A stretch of DNA of 64,000 nucleotides, taken from Bacteroidales bacterium (lineage in GTDB: Bacteria; Bacteroidota; Bacteroidia; Bacteroidales; F082). The notes under the pieces were generated by a model that saw only the letters and a program-made list of their open reading frames with translations, had not been told where the DNA came from and did no database searches. This document shows, piece by piece, positions 38,821-48,168 of this stretch (position 1 is the stretch's first letter; every line of letters begins with the position of its first letter). The stretch lies in assembly GCA_045656905.1 (NCBI GenBank), contig JAZOSA010000039.1, forward strand, positions 417-64,416, written 5' to 3'. The position numbers were made by a program, and so were the translations under genes.

Positions 38821-39189
38821 ATGATTATTGATAAATTGATTTATGAAACCATTGGTGCCTCAATGGAAGTGTACAACACACTGGGACCAGGTTTGTTGGA
38901 AAGTGTTTATGAGAAAGCTCTGTTTCATGAACTTTCTTTAAGAGATTTATATGTGGAATCGCATATCCCTGTAGAAATAATATACAAAGAAGAGGTGATA
39001 AATTCAGAACTTCGTTTGGATCTTATTGTTGAAGATACATTGATTGTGGAGTTGAAATCGGTTGAGACACTGCAACCGGTTCATTTTAAGCAGTTAAGAA
39101 CATATATGAGATTGCTTGATAAACCTGTGGGTTTGTTGGTAAATTTCAATGTTAGTGATTTTAAAAATGGTTATCGAGTTCTTAGATGA
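38821..39189 (+). CDS. GxxExxY protein (PD-(D/E)XK nuclease-fold, PDDEXK_3-like)
   Basis: 122 aa from the ATG at 38821. It has GLLESVY (= GxxExxY) and the D...ELK motif (RLDLIVEDTLIVELK). The GTG start at 38779 in the ORF track lies inside repeat copy 1. Confidence 0.85.
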   Translation: MIIDKLIYETIGASMEVYNTLGPGLLESVYEKALFHELSLRDLYVESHIPVEIIYKEEVINSELRLDLIVEDTLIVELKSVETLQPVHFKQLRTYMRLLDKPVGLLVNFNVSDFKNGYRVLR

Positions 39190-39192
39190 TAT

Positions 39193-39270
39193 CTCCACGT
39201 ATCACGAGTATCACACGAATGTTTTGAGGTTGTGAAAAAAAATACGTGCAGATACGAGAGATTCGTGGAG
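39193..39270. repeat. CTCCACG...CGTGGAG palindromic repeat, copy 2 (78 bp)
   Basis: Starts 3 nt after the stop codon at 39187-39189 and is nearly identical to copy 1. Confidence 0.95.
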
Positions 39271-39281
39271 AAAAGAAAAAC

Positions 39282-39357
39282 CTCCACGTATCACGAGTAT
39301 CACACGAATGTTTTGAGGTTATGAAAAAATATGTGCAGATACGAGATGTCCGTGGAG
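39282..39357. repeat. CTCCACG...CGTGGAG palindromic repeat, copy 3 (76 bp)
   Basis: In tandem with copy 2, separated by the 11-nt linker AAAAGAAAAAC. Confidence 0.95.
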
Positions 39358-39368
39358 AAAAGAAAAAC

Positions 39369-39443
39369 CTCCACGGATCACGAGTATCACACGAATGATT
39401 TTATGTGGTGAAAAATCCGTGCAGATACGAGAGATTCGTGGAG
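39369..39443. repeat. CTCCACG...CGTGGAG palindromic repeat, copy 4 (75 bp)
   Basis: In tandem with copy 3 through the same 11-nt linker. It begins CTCCACGGATCAC, like the copy in the ABC gene. Confidence 0.95.
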
Positions 39444-39465
39444 AAAGGAGAAATATACGAGAAAA

Positions 39466-41019
39466 CTAAATCTCACCGTATTGTTCTTGGAGTTTCTTTA
39501 ACTTCTCCTTCAATTCCTTTGTTATTTCTTCGGTCCCTTCGTGTCCGTAGATATTATTGATTTCGTTTTTATCGTGGCGAAGGTCGTAGAGTTCCCAGAT
39601 GTCATCTTCATAGAAATGAATGAGTTTAAGTGTATCGGTGCGTATTCCAAGATGTGGTTTTACGTTATGTTCGTCAGGGAATTCGTAGTAATGGTAATAA
39701 ATTCCATCGCGATTTGCTTCGTATTTTTCACCTTTTAACAAAGGTAAGAAAGAACATCCGTGTATGTCATCAGGGATTTCTACACCTGCCAGTTCTAGGA
39801 AGGTAGGAGCGTAGTCGATGTTCTGAACCATCTCGTTTATCTCACCTTTCACGCCGCCAGGATAACGTATTAATAAAGGTGTCCTGAATGACTCTTCGTA
39901 CATCCATCGTTTATCGAACCATCCGTGTTCTCCCATGTAGAAACCTTGGTCAGATGTGTAGACGACAAGAGTGTTTTCTAAAAGTCCTTCATCTTCAAGA
40001 TAATCCAAGACGCGACCAACGTTACGGTCAATAGATGTTATCACGCGAAGATAGTCGCGCATGTATTGCTGATATTTCCATTTGTCGAGTTCTTCTCCAG
40101 AAAGGTTTGATTCTTTGAACTTTTCAATGACTATATCATAATGAGCGTCCCATGCTTTCTTCTGTTCGGGATTCATATTGTTATACATCCAACGTCCCCA
40201 ACCTTCCAAGTCGGGGCGACTGTGGATAAGACTGTCTTTATCTGCTAGTTTAAGGTCGTAGACCAAATCCATGTCTTTGCTTATCGACATCTTGTTTTCC
40301 TTTGCTGCGAGGCGATCTTCGTAGTTGTCGTAGAATGTCTCAGGTAATGGAAATTCGCTGTCTTTGAAAAGTTTCAAGTCGCAGGTGTCGGGCATCCATG
40401 TGCGATGTGGTGCCTTGTGATGTAGTAAGAGACAAAATGGTTTTTCTTTATTACGTTCGTTTTCCAGCCATTCCAGAGCGACGTCTGTTGTGATGTTAGT
40501 GGTGTAGCCTTCACGTTGTATCTTTTCGCCATTGCGGATGAAGGTAGGGTTGTAGTAATCGCCTTGACCTATTAATATATCCCAATAGTTGAATCCAGTA
40601 GGGTCGGAGTTGAGATGCCATTTGCCTATGATGGCAGTCTCGTATTTGTCTTGAATGAGTTTCGGAAAAGTCTGCTGACTTCCGTCGAAGGTACAGCTGT
40701 TGTCTGTGAAACCATTGGCGAGGCTGTGTTTTCCGGTAAGAAGACAAGCCCGGGAAGGCGCGCTGATGGAGTTCGCTACGAAACTGTTGTTGAAAAGCGC
40801 GCCTTCGTTGGCGATTCGGTCTATATTAGGAGTGCGGATAAACGAAGTGTCGTACGCGCTGATGGTCTGATACGAATGGTCGTCAGACATGATGAATAAG
40901 ATATTCATCGGTTTCTGCGGCTTGTCGTTACACGCAGTGAGTATCGGCAATAACGCTAAAACCTTAAAACCTACACGACAATGAAACAACTTATAATCTT
41001 GTATTCCCATATTACTCAT
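39466..41019 (-). CDS. Sulfatase (Ser-type formylglycine site)
   Basis: 517 aa; NILFIMSDDHSY and the SAPSRACLLTGK signature ((C/S)xPxR with Ser); GKWHL. Confidence 0.9.
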   Translation of the reverse strand: MSNMGIQDYKLFHCRVGFKVLALLPILTACNDKPQKPMNILFIMSDDHSYQTISAYDTSFIRTPNIDRIANEGALFNNSFVANSISAPSRACLLTGKHSLANGFTDNSCTFDGSQQTFPKLIQDKYETAIIGKWHLNSDPTGFNYWDILIGQGDYYNPTFIRNGEKIQREGYTTNITTDVALEWLENERNKEKPFCLLLHHKAPHRTWMPDTCDLKLFKDSEFPLPETFYDNYEDRLAAKENKMSISKDMDLVYDLKLADKDSLIHSRPDLEGWGRWMYNNMNPEQKKAWDAHYDIVIEKFKESNLSGEELDKWKYQQYMRDYLRVITSIDRNVGRVLDYLEDEGLLENTLVVYTSDQGFYMGEHGWFDKRWMYEESFRTPLLIRYPGGVKGEINEMVQNIDYAPTFLELAGVEIPDDIHGCSFLPLLKGEKYEANRDGIYYHYYEFPDEHNVKPHLGIRTDTLKLIHFYEDDIWELYDLRHDKNEINNIYGHEGTEEITKELKEKLKKLQEQYGEI

Positions 41020-41211
41020 ATTTAAACTAATCTCATAGACTCATAGACTCATAGACTCATAGACTCATTCCTGTGCGAAATTAAAAAATAAATTTTATGT
41101 GATGTCTTAAAATACCAATAAATACAAATATTTTGAAAAAAATACATCTTTTAAATCGTGATAATAAGGCGAGTTTCGTTGAAAAAATGAAATTCGTTTT
41201 AATAAAAAATG

Positions 41212-41219
41212 TATTTTTG
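41212..41219 (+). promoter_or_regulatory. -7 box TATTTTTG
   Basis: TAnnTTTG match 63 nt upstream of the ATG at 41282. Confidence 0.4.
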
Positions 41220-41281
41220 CAGGTTCCTAAAAAGGGACTAAACGCATAGATATGCAATATTGTTTAACTAAATTATAAAGT

Positions 41282-44200
41282 ATGAAATTTTTTACAAAAC
41301 AATCAAGTAAAGCAGTGGCAAAGAAATTTGCATTTCTGTTTTTGACAATGTTGGCATTTGGTTTTACCGCCAACGCTCAGATTCCAACATTTAATGAAAT
41401 CTTAGAACGTTATTACAATCCTCAAAATCTCGTTGTTAAGGCAACAGCACAAACACCTCCTTACGGACAACAATTTAGCAACTATACCTTTGAAGAATGG
41501 GAAACAGTGAAGGATTCTAGTGAGGAACCTAAAAACTGGAACTCATTTATGACTGCTGATGGCGGTAATGGAGGATTTTTAGTTGGAGATTTGAAAAAGT
41601 ATTTGCAAGATCAACTTTCAAAGTCAACAGAAAAACGTCCTGGTACAGCAGGTTCCTATAGTGCTCGTGTTTTCTCTAAAAGTAGAAACCTTATAATTAC
41701 GACTATAGTTGCTAATGGTAATATGACCAATGGTCAAATTTATGCAGGTAGTACAACCGCAAATAATGATGCTAATTATAATTTTACAAAAAGATCAGAT
41801 GCTAATTTTAATACACAATTTACAACCATACCAGACTCATTGACAGTATGGGTCGCTTTTAAACCTAAAGATGCTAGCAAAGGTAATGCTAGGATTACTA
41901 CAACAATCCATGGTGATACAGATTTGAAACAGCTTGCTAAGAGTGGTGATTCACCAGCAAATATGGTTTGTGCAACTGCAAACGTAGAAATCGCAGCTAC
42001 TAGTACATCGGCTGTCGTTTGGAAAAGAATGTCAATTCCTTTTACAAAAGGTTCTAATAATGACCCAAGATACATCCTTACAACGTTTAATACAAATAAA
42101 ACTCCAGGCGGTGGTTCTAATGGCGATGAACTTTATGTTGATGACATCTGTCTTATCTATAATCCAACATTAAATATGGAGTTGTTGGCACAGACAGAAT
42201 TCGATGGTACAAATCTTAATATAGAAGTTCCTTTCACTTTGGATGGTTCAATGTCTGTTTACAATATTAACAAATCAGACAATGAAGTCATTGCTCAGCT
42301 TTCAGATGCTAGCGGCAGCTTCGCAAATCCTATTGAATTAGGTCGTGTTACAACAAACGTAAATGGTACAATAAACGGCGTTCTTCCTGCTGATTTGAAA
42401 AACGGCACATATAAAGTAAGAGTCGTTTCTACAAACTATCCAATGGTTTCAAACGAAAGAGATATCGTTATCAATTTCCCTTACGTTCCAGTTCCACAAG
42501 TTGAAATCGCTTTGGGTGATGTCTTGGCTAAATCAGCAAGCGCTACATTCACTCCAAATGTAGACTGTGCAAATTATTATTTCGTAATCGCTCCTGCAAC
42601 ACAAAGTGTCGACGCAGCATACGTAAAAGCTAACGGTCAAGCAAAATCTGGATCATTCACAGCAACATTCGAAAACTTAACATCTTACACAGAATATAAA
42701 GTCTACGCACTTCCTCTTACTTCAGACGGCGTTGAAGGCGAAATGGCATCAGCAACACTTAAGACTGTCGCTCTTGTTCCTCAAATCACAATCGCAAAAG
42801 GTAATGTCGCAACAAAATCAATTGAAGCAACATTCACTCCAAATGCCGACTGCGCTCAATATTACTACTTGATTGCTAATGCAACAGAAACAGTAGACGC
42901 AGCATACGTCAAGGCAAATGGTGAAAATCAAACTGCAACATTTACAAAGACATTTGAAAACTTAATCTCTAATACAGATTACGTAATCTACGCTCTTCCT
43001 GTTGATGTCGAAGGTAAAGAAGGAACATTGGCAACACTCGCTGTTAAAACACAAGCTTTCGCTCCTCAAGTTGAAATAACAAGAGATAACTTCACAGCTA
43101 AGACAATAACAGCAACATTCACTCCAAATGGCGACTGCGCTCAATATTACTTCTTGGTTGCTCTCGCTACAGAAACAGTTGACGCTGCTTATATCAAAGC
43201 AAACGGTGAAAATCAAACTGAAACATATACAACAACATTTGAAGGTTTGACATCAAATACTGCTTATGTAATCTACGCTCTTCCAGTTGACGTTGACGGT
43301 TTCAATGGTGAAATCAAGTCTGTCACAGTTACAACAAAAGCTCTCGCACCACAAATTGAAATCGCACAAGGTGAAGTCGCTACAAAATCAGTAGAAGCAA
43401 CATTCACTCCAAATGCCGACTGCGTTGAATATTACTTCTTGATTGCAAAAGCAACAGAAACAGTTGACGCAGCATACGTTAAAGAAAATGGTGAAGTTAA
43501 AACTGAAACTTTCGCAACAACATTTGAAGACTTGATCTCTAACACAGATTACGTGATCTACGCACTCCCAATCGACGTAGAAGGCACTGAAGGCGCATTG
43601 GCAACACTTGCTGTCAAAACTCAAGCTTTCGTTCCTCAAGTTGACATCGAAAGAGGTAACTTCTCAGCAAAATCAATCACTGCTACATTCACTCCAAACG
43701 CAGACTGCGTTGAATATTACTTCTTGATTTCTACAGAAACAGTAGATGCAGAATATATCAAGGCAAATGGTGAAAAACAAACTGAATTATATACAACAAC
43801 ATTTGAAGACTTGACATCAAACACAGCATATACAATCTATGCTCTTCCAGTTGACGCTGATGGATTCTATGGCGAAGTTAAGACTATCACTGTTACAACA
43901 AAAGCACTTGCTCCACAAGTTGAAATCACAAAAGGCGAAGTCTTGACATATTCAATTTCAGCATCATTCGCACCAAATGCAGATTGCGATCAATATTATT
44001 TCTTGATTGCTGATGCAACAGAAATAGTAGATGCAGAATACATCATGGCAAATGGTGAACTTAAATCAGAATCTTATGCTCATACATGGGAAAATCTGAT
44101 GTCAAATACAAACTATACAATCTATGCTCTCCCAATCGACATAGAAGGTAATGCAGGTGCAGTTAATACATTAGTTGTAAAGACAAAGGTAGAAGCAGGC

Positions 44201-45961
44201 GTTTCAGAAGTTGATATCGATGTTGAAAAATTAAATGAAACAACAGTTACAATCACTGCAACACCAAACGAAAACACTATTTTATATCACTACATCATTG
44301 TGACAAAAGCAGAAGCTGATGCAATGGGTGAAGATGCTTTGATGCAAAAACTCATTGAAAATGAAAATTACCTCGACAGCGTTGCAGACGTATATACAAT
44401 GACAGTTGAATCAAATGTTGCATATTACGTAGTTGCACAAGGTAAGAATAGAGACGGTGAATGGGGCGAAGTTACAAAATATGAATTCGTTGTAGCAGGT
44501 CCAGCAGCAGTCGCTATCGCAGTTGAAAAAGTTACAGAAACAACAGTTACAGTAACAGCAACACCAAATGAAAATACAGTATCATATGAATATATCGTTA
44601 TAGAAAAAGCAGAAGCTGACGCAATGGATGAAGATGCATTGTTGCAAAAACTTGCAGAAGCAAATGAATTCACAGGCGTTGACGTATATACATATACTGT
44701 TAAATCAAATGTTGAATACTACGTTATTGCACAAGCTAAGAACGCTGATGGAAGATTAAGCGAAATCACAAAAGTTGAGTTTGTTGTCGCTGGTCCTGCA
44801 ACAGTAACAGTCGAAGTTATGGAATTGTCAGAAACATCAATTTTTGTTATGACACCAAACGAAGATGCAGTTTCTTATAAGTATATCGTTATAACAAAGG
44901 CAGAAGCAGACGAAATGAGTGAAGATGCTTTGATGGCAAAACTCGATGAAAACGAAGAATACCTTGAAGGTGTTAAGATTAGAGAATTGGTGGTTGAGCC
45001 AAATGTAGCATACTATATCGTGGCAAGAGCTAAGAACGCTGATGATATGTGGGGTGCAGTTACAATAGTTGAATATATATTTGAAGAGGCTGGTCCTGCA
45101 GCAGTAGCAATCGAGGTTAAAGAAGTTTCAGAAACATCAGTTGAAGTTACAGCAACACCAAACGAAAATACAGTTTCTTATAAGTATATCGTGATAACAA
45201 AAGCAGAAGCTGACGCAATGGATGCAGAAACTTTGATGCAAAAACTTGAATCTGCAAACGAACTTGATGCAGTTGACGTATGGACATATACAGTTGAATC
45301 AAATGTAGAATACTATGTCATAGCACAAGGTAAGAACGCTGACGGCAACTTTGGCGAAATGACAAAGGTTGAATTCGTTGTCAGAGTCGCTGGTGAAGCT
45401 GCATTGACAGTAACTGTTGAAGAATTTACAGAAACATCAGTTTTGGTTATAACACCAAACGAAAATACTGTGGCTTATCGTTATATCATCATTGAAAAAG
45501 CAGTCGCTGATTCAATCGGTGAAGATGCTGTAATGCAAAGACTCAATGAAAACGAGGATTATCTTGAAGACGTTACAGTGGAAGAGTTGATGGTAGAACC
45601 AAATGTTGAATATTATGTTATTGCACAAGCTAAGAATGCTGATGACGTCTGGGGTGAAGTGGTAAAAGTTGAATTCATCGTTATAGATGAAAATACTGGC
45701 GAAGATGATGGCGATAGTATCTCTGAACTTGAAACTGTATTCGAAATATATCCAAACCCAGCAAGTGAATATGTAAGAATAAAATCAAACAGCGATATTG
45801 AAAGCTTGATGATCTTCTCAATCGACGGCAAACTTGTTTATTCAGAAGACGTAAATCAAGAAGAAACAATGATTGATGTAACAGCATTTGCAAAAGGTTC
45901 TTACATCGTAAGAATGCTTTCAAACGACGAGTTCGTTATCAGAAGAATCGTTGTTAAATGA
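41282..45961 (+). CDS. Large T9SS-secreted surface protein with two tandem-repeat domain arrays
   Basis: 1559 aa with a signal peptide and an N-terminal region resembling PCMD-type carbohydrate-associated domains (weak call). It has 6 x ~95-aa and 5 x ~100-aa repeats. The C-terminal T9SS sorting domain reads ...FEIYPNPASEYVRIKS...GSYIVRML...RIVVK. Confidence 0.85.
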   Translation: MKFFTKQSSKAVAKKFAFLFLTMLAFGFTANAQIPTFNEILERYYNPQNLVVKATAQTPPYGQQFSNYTFEEWETVKDSSEEPKNWNSFMTADGGNGGFLVGDLKKYLQDQLSKSTEKRPGTAGSYSARVFSKSRNLIITTIVANGNMTNGQIYAGSTTANNDANYNFTKRSDANFNTQFTTIPDSLTVWVAFKPKDASKGNARITTTIHGDTDLKQLAKSGDSPANMVCATANVEIAATSTSAVVWKRMSIPFTKGSNNDPRYILTTFNTNKTPGGGSNGDELYVDDICLIYNPTLNMELLAQTEFDGTNLNIEVPFTLDGSMSVYNINKSDNEVIAQLSDASGSFANPIELGRVTTNVNGTINGVLPADLKNGTYKVRVVSTNYPMVSNERDIVINFPYVPVPQVEIALGDVLAKSASATFTPNVDCANYYFVIAPATQSVDAAYVKANGQAKSGSFTATFENLTSYTEYKVYALPLTSDGVEGEMASATLKTVALVPQITIAKGNVATKSIEATFTPNADCAQYYYLIANATETVDAAYVKANGENQTATFTKTFENLISNTDYVIYALPVDVEGKEGTLATLAVKTQAFAPQVEITRDNFTAKTITATFTPNGDCAQYYFLVALATETVDAAYIKANGENQTETYTTTFEGLTSNTAYVIYALPVDVDGFNGEIKSVTVTTKALAPQIEIAQGEVATKSVEATFTPNADCVEYYFLIAKATETVDAAYVKENGEVKTETFATTFEDLISNTDYVIYALPIDVEGTEGALATLAVKTQAFVPQVDIERGNFSAKSITATFTPNADCVEYYFLISTETVDAEYIKANGEKQTELYTTTFEDLTSNTAYTIYALPVDADGFYGEVKTITVTTKALAPQVEITKGEVLTYSISASFAPNADCDQYYFLIADATEIVDAEYIMANGELKSESYAHTWENLMSNTNYTIYALPIDIEGNAGAVNTLVVKTKVEAGVSEVDIDVEKLNETTVTITATPNENTILYHYIIVTKAEADAMGEDALMQKLIENENYLDSVADVYTMTVESNVAYYVVAQGKNRDGEWGEVTKYEFVVAGPAAVAIAVEKVTETTVTVTATPNENTVSYEYIVIEKAEADAMDEDALLQKLAEANEFTGVDVYTYTVKSNVEYYVIAQAKNADGRLSEITKVEFVVAGPATVTVEVMELSETSIFVMTPNEDAVSYKYIVITKAEADEMSEDALMAKLDENEEYLEGVKIRELVVEPNVAYYIVARAKNADDMWGAVTIVEYIFEEAGPAAVAIEVKEVSETSVEVTATPNENTVSYKYIVITKAEADAMDAETLMQKLESANELDAVDVWTYTVESNVEYYVIAQGKNADGNFGEMTKVEFVVRVAGEAALTVTVEEFTETSVLVITPNENTVAYRYIIIEKAVADSIGEDAVMQRLNENEDYLEDVTVEELMVEPNVEYYVIAQAKNADDVWGEVVKVEFIVIDENTGEDDGDSISELETVFEIYPNPASEYVRIKSNSDIESLMIFSIDGKLVYSEDVNQEETMIDVTAFAKGSYIVRMLSNDEFVIRRIVVK
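42494..44194 (+). repeat. Tandem coding repeat family A: 6 units of 285 bp (one of 279 bp)
   Basis: Units start at 42494, 42779, 43064, 43349, 43634 and 43913, each PQ[VI]EI...ATFTPN.DC..YYF.I...VDA.Y.KANG...YALP.D..G. Confidence 0.95.
44195..45685 (+). repeat. Tandem coding repeat family B: 5 units of 294-300 bp
   Basis: Units start at 44195, 44495, 44789, 45089 and 45389, each AG.A.V...V.E..ETSV.VT.TPNEN.V.Y.YI.I.KAEAD.M.EDAL...NV.YYV.AQ.KNADG. Confidence 0.95.
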
Positions 45962-45990
45962 TTGAAACTATAGAGTTTTAAATATCAACA

Positions 45991-46024
45991 AAAAAGGTCG
46001 GAGAATTATCCGACCTTTTTTATT
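45991..46024 (+). terminator. Rho-independent terminator
   Basis: A-run, stem GGTCGG/CCGACC, then T6. Confidence 0.7.
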
Positions 46025-46171
46025 TTATAGTTAATGGTCAACAGACAACAGACAACAGACAACGGTCAATAGTTAATAGTTAATAGTTAATAGCTAATAG
46101 TTAATAGTTAATAGTTTTCAAAAAATGAAAAATTAACTATCAAAATATTTGTTTTTTTATTACAAAAAAAA

Positions 46172-46179
46172 TAAATTTG
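46172..46179 (+). promoter_or_regulatory. -7 box TAAATTTG for the glycogen cluster
   Basis: TAnnTTTG match 33 nt upstream of the ATG at 46212. Confidence 0.45.
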
Positions 46180-46211
46180 CAAGACTATAAAAATAATGAA
46201 ATTCTAAAAAG

Positions 46212-48164
46212 ATGGCATATATTTCTTTTGATAAGCAGCATTTGGTGAACCTTGAATTTACTATGAACAAGGAAATTTTACGTTCAAATAGATCAGGCGC
46301 CTTCTGCAATACTACTATAATAGGTTGCAACACCAGAAAGTATCACGGACTGCTGGTAGTGCCGCAACCTCAACTCGACAAATACAATCACGTCTTGCTT
46401 TCGTCTATCGACGAGACAGTCATTATAAATAAGGAGGAGTTTCATTTTGGCGTCCATCAGTATGAAGACGGCACCATTATGCCTCACGGACATAAATATC
46501 TCAGAGGTTTCTCCGCTGAACCAATACCTACGTTATTATATAGAGTAGGGGGAACTAAAATCACAAAAGAATATATCTTCGCAGATAACGAAAACCGTAT
46601 ATACATAAGGTATAATGTTATTGAAGCCGCTCAGCCTATTACGTTGCGTCTGCAGCCTTTTTTGGCATTCCGCAATGTCCATAGTCTGACACACGAAAAC
46701 TACGACGCTAATCGAAAATATGTTCCTTTAAAGAATGGCGCGTCGTGGCAGATGTATGAAAACTATGATTCTCTATGTCTCCAGATTTCAAAGAGCACAG
46801 AATATACTCACGCACCTCTTTGGTACTACAATAACTTTTATATCAGAGAATTTGAACGCGGCTACGACGCAGTCGAGGACCTCTATGTACCAGGTTTCTT
46901 TGATGTGAACTTGAAAGAAGGCGAGTCAATCATCGTCTCTGCTGGTCTTGAAGAGAAAAGTCCTGCTACATTCAAACGTCAGTTTGATTCTTTGCTAGAG
47001 TCAAGAATTCCTCGCGACAGTTTCGAACACTGTCTGCAAAACTCAGCGCAGCAATTTATCATCAGAGAGAAAGACGGAACTCGTATGTTCGCCGGATTCC
47101 CTTGGTTTGGAAGCTGCGGCCGCGACACTCTTCTCTCAATTCCTGGTCTCGTCCTTACGGCAGGCGACAAGAAGACTTTCAAGGAACTTCTGAAGTATCT
47201 CATCGATACTATGCAAGGTCCTTTCTTCTCAAATAGATATTATCAGAAATCTTTATATTATACAGCAGTCGACTCTCCACTTTGGCTGTTCCTCGTGCTT
47301 CAGAAATACGAAAGCATGCTCGGTGCGACGAAGAAGTCGATATGGAAAGATTACGGCGAAGTGATGTCTAAGATTTTAAATGCTTTCATTGAAGGAACTG
47401 ACTTCAATGTGAAGACATTGGAAAACGGACTTCTTTATGCCGGCAATGAAGACCTCGCTCTCACATGGATGAATGTGTTCTGCGAAGGAAAACCTTATAC
47501 TCCAAGAACAGGTCTCGATATAGAAATAAACGCTTTGTGGTACAACGCATTGCGTTATGCCGTCGAACTCTTGAACGAAGCCGACAAGAAAAATCCTGAC
47601 TTGAAGAAATGGAACGATGTTGCTGATAATATTAAAGAATCATTTACAAAATGTTTCTATAATGAACAAAATGGTGTCTTTTACGATTATATAAATGATG
47701 ATGAGAAAAATGATATGGTACGCCCAAATATGTTGATTGCTATATCATTGCCTTATTGTCCGCTTAATGATGAGTTGAAGAAGAAGATTTTCGATATCAC
47801 TCGTTCTGAATTATTGACAAACAGAGGCTTACGCTCATTGTCGCCACGCTCTGAGTTTTATAGAGAAGTGACTATCGGCAATCACAGAGAAAGAGAGACT
47901 GCATATCACAACGGAACGGTATTCCCATGGCTTATAATGCCTTATACTGATGCTGCGTTATCTCTTTATGGAAAGACATCCTTGCCTTATCTCGAGGATT
48001 TGTACAACTCATTTGAAGATGTTATCGCAGAAAATGGCATCGGTACGATTTCCGAGATTTATGACGGCAATCCGCCTCACGAGTCAAGAGGTTGTATCTC
48101 ACAGTCGACAAGCGTGGCTGCCTTGTTATATTTAAAGTATGTTATTGACGGATTGAAAAAATAA
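46212..48164 (+). CDS. Glycogen debranching enzyme-like protein (amylo-alpha-1,6-glucosidase, GDE_N_bis + GDE_C)
   Basis: 650 aa; N-terminal GCNTRKYHGLLV motif; (alpha/alpha)6 C-terminal region with ...AYHNGTVFPWL.... Confidence 0.8.
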   Translation: MAYISFDKQHLVNLEFTMNKEILRSNRSGAFCNTTIIGCNTRKYHGLLVVPQPQLDKYNHVLLSSIDETVIINKEEFHFGVHQYEDGTIMPHGHKYLRGFSAEPIPTLLYRVGGTKITKEYIFADNENRIYIRYNVIEAAQPITLRLQPFLAFRNVHSLTHENYDANRKYVPLKNGASWQMYENYDSLCLQISKSTEYTHAPLWYYNNFYIREFERGYDAVEDLYVPGFFDVNLKEGESIIVSAGLEEKSPATFKRQFDSLLESRIPRDSFEHCLQNSAQQFIIREKDGTRMFAGFPWFGSCGRDTLLSIPGLVLTAGDKKTFKELLKYLIDTMQGPFFSNRYYQKSLYYTAVDSPLWLFLVLQKYESMLGATKKSIWKDYGEVMSKILNAFIEGTDFNVKTLENGLLYAGNEDLALTWMNVFCEGKPYTPRTGLDIEINALWYNALRYAVELLNEADKKNPDLKKWNDVADNIKESFTKCFYNEQNGVFYDYINDDEKNDMVRPNMLIAISLPYCPLNDELKKKIFDITRSELLTNRGLRSLSPRSEFYREVTIGNHRERETAYHNGTVFPWLIMPYTDAALSLYGKTSLPYLEDLYNSFEDVIAENGIGTISEIYDGNPPHESRGCISQSTSVAALLYLKYVIDGLKK

Positions 48165-48168
48165 GATT

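Noticed and set aside
39193-39443. A tandem array of three ~77-bp repeats with regular spacing looked superficially like a CRISPR array.
   Set aside because: The units are 75-78 bp long and internally palindromic. The spacers are only 11 nt and identical (AAAAGAAAAAC). There is no leader and there are no cas genes. A REP/MITE-like array is the better description.
42494-45685. The repeat arrays in the T9SS protein might be a diversity-generating or phase-variable cassette system.
   Set aside because: There is no reverse transcriptase, template repeat, invertase or inverted-repeat switch nearby. Divergence between units is spread across the whole unit, as expected for ordinary domain duplication.
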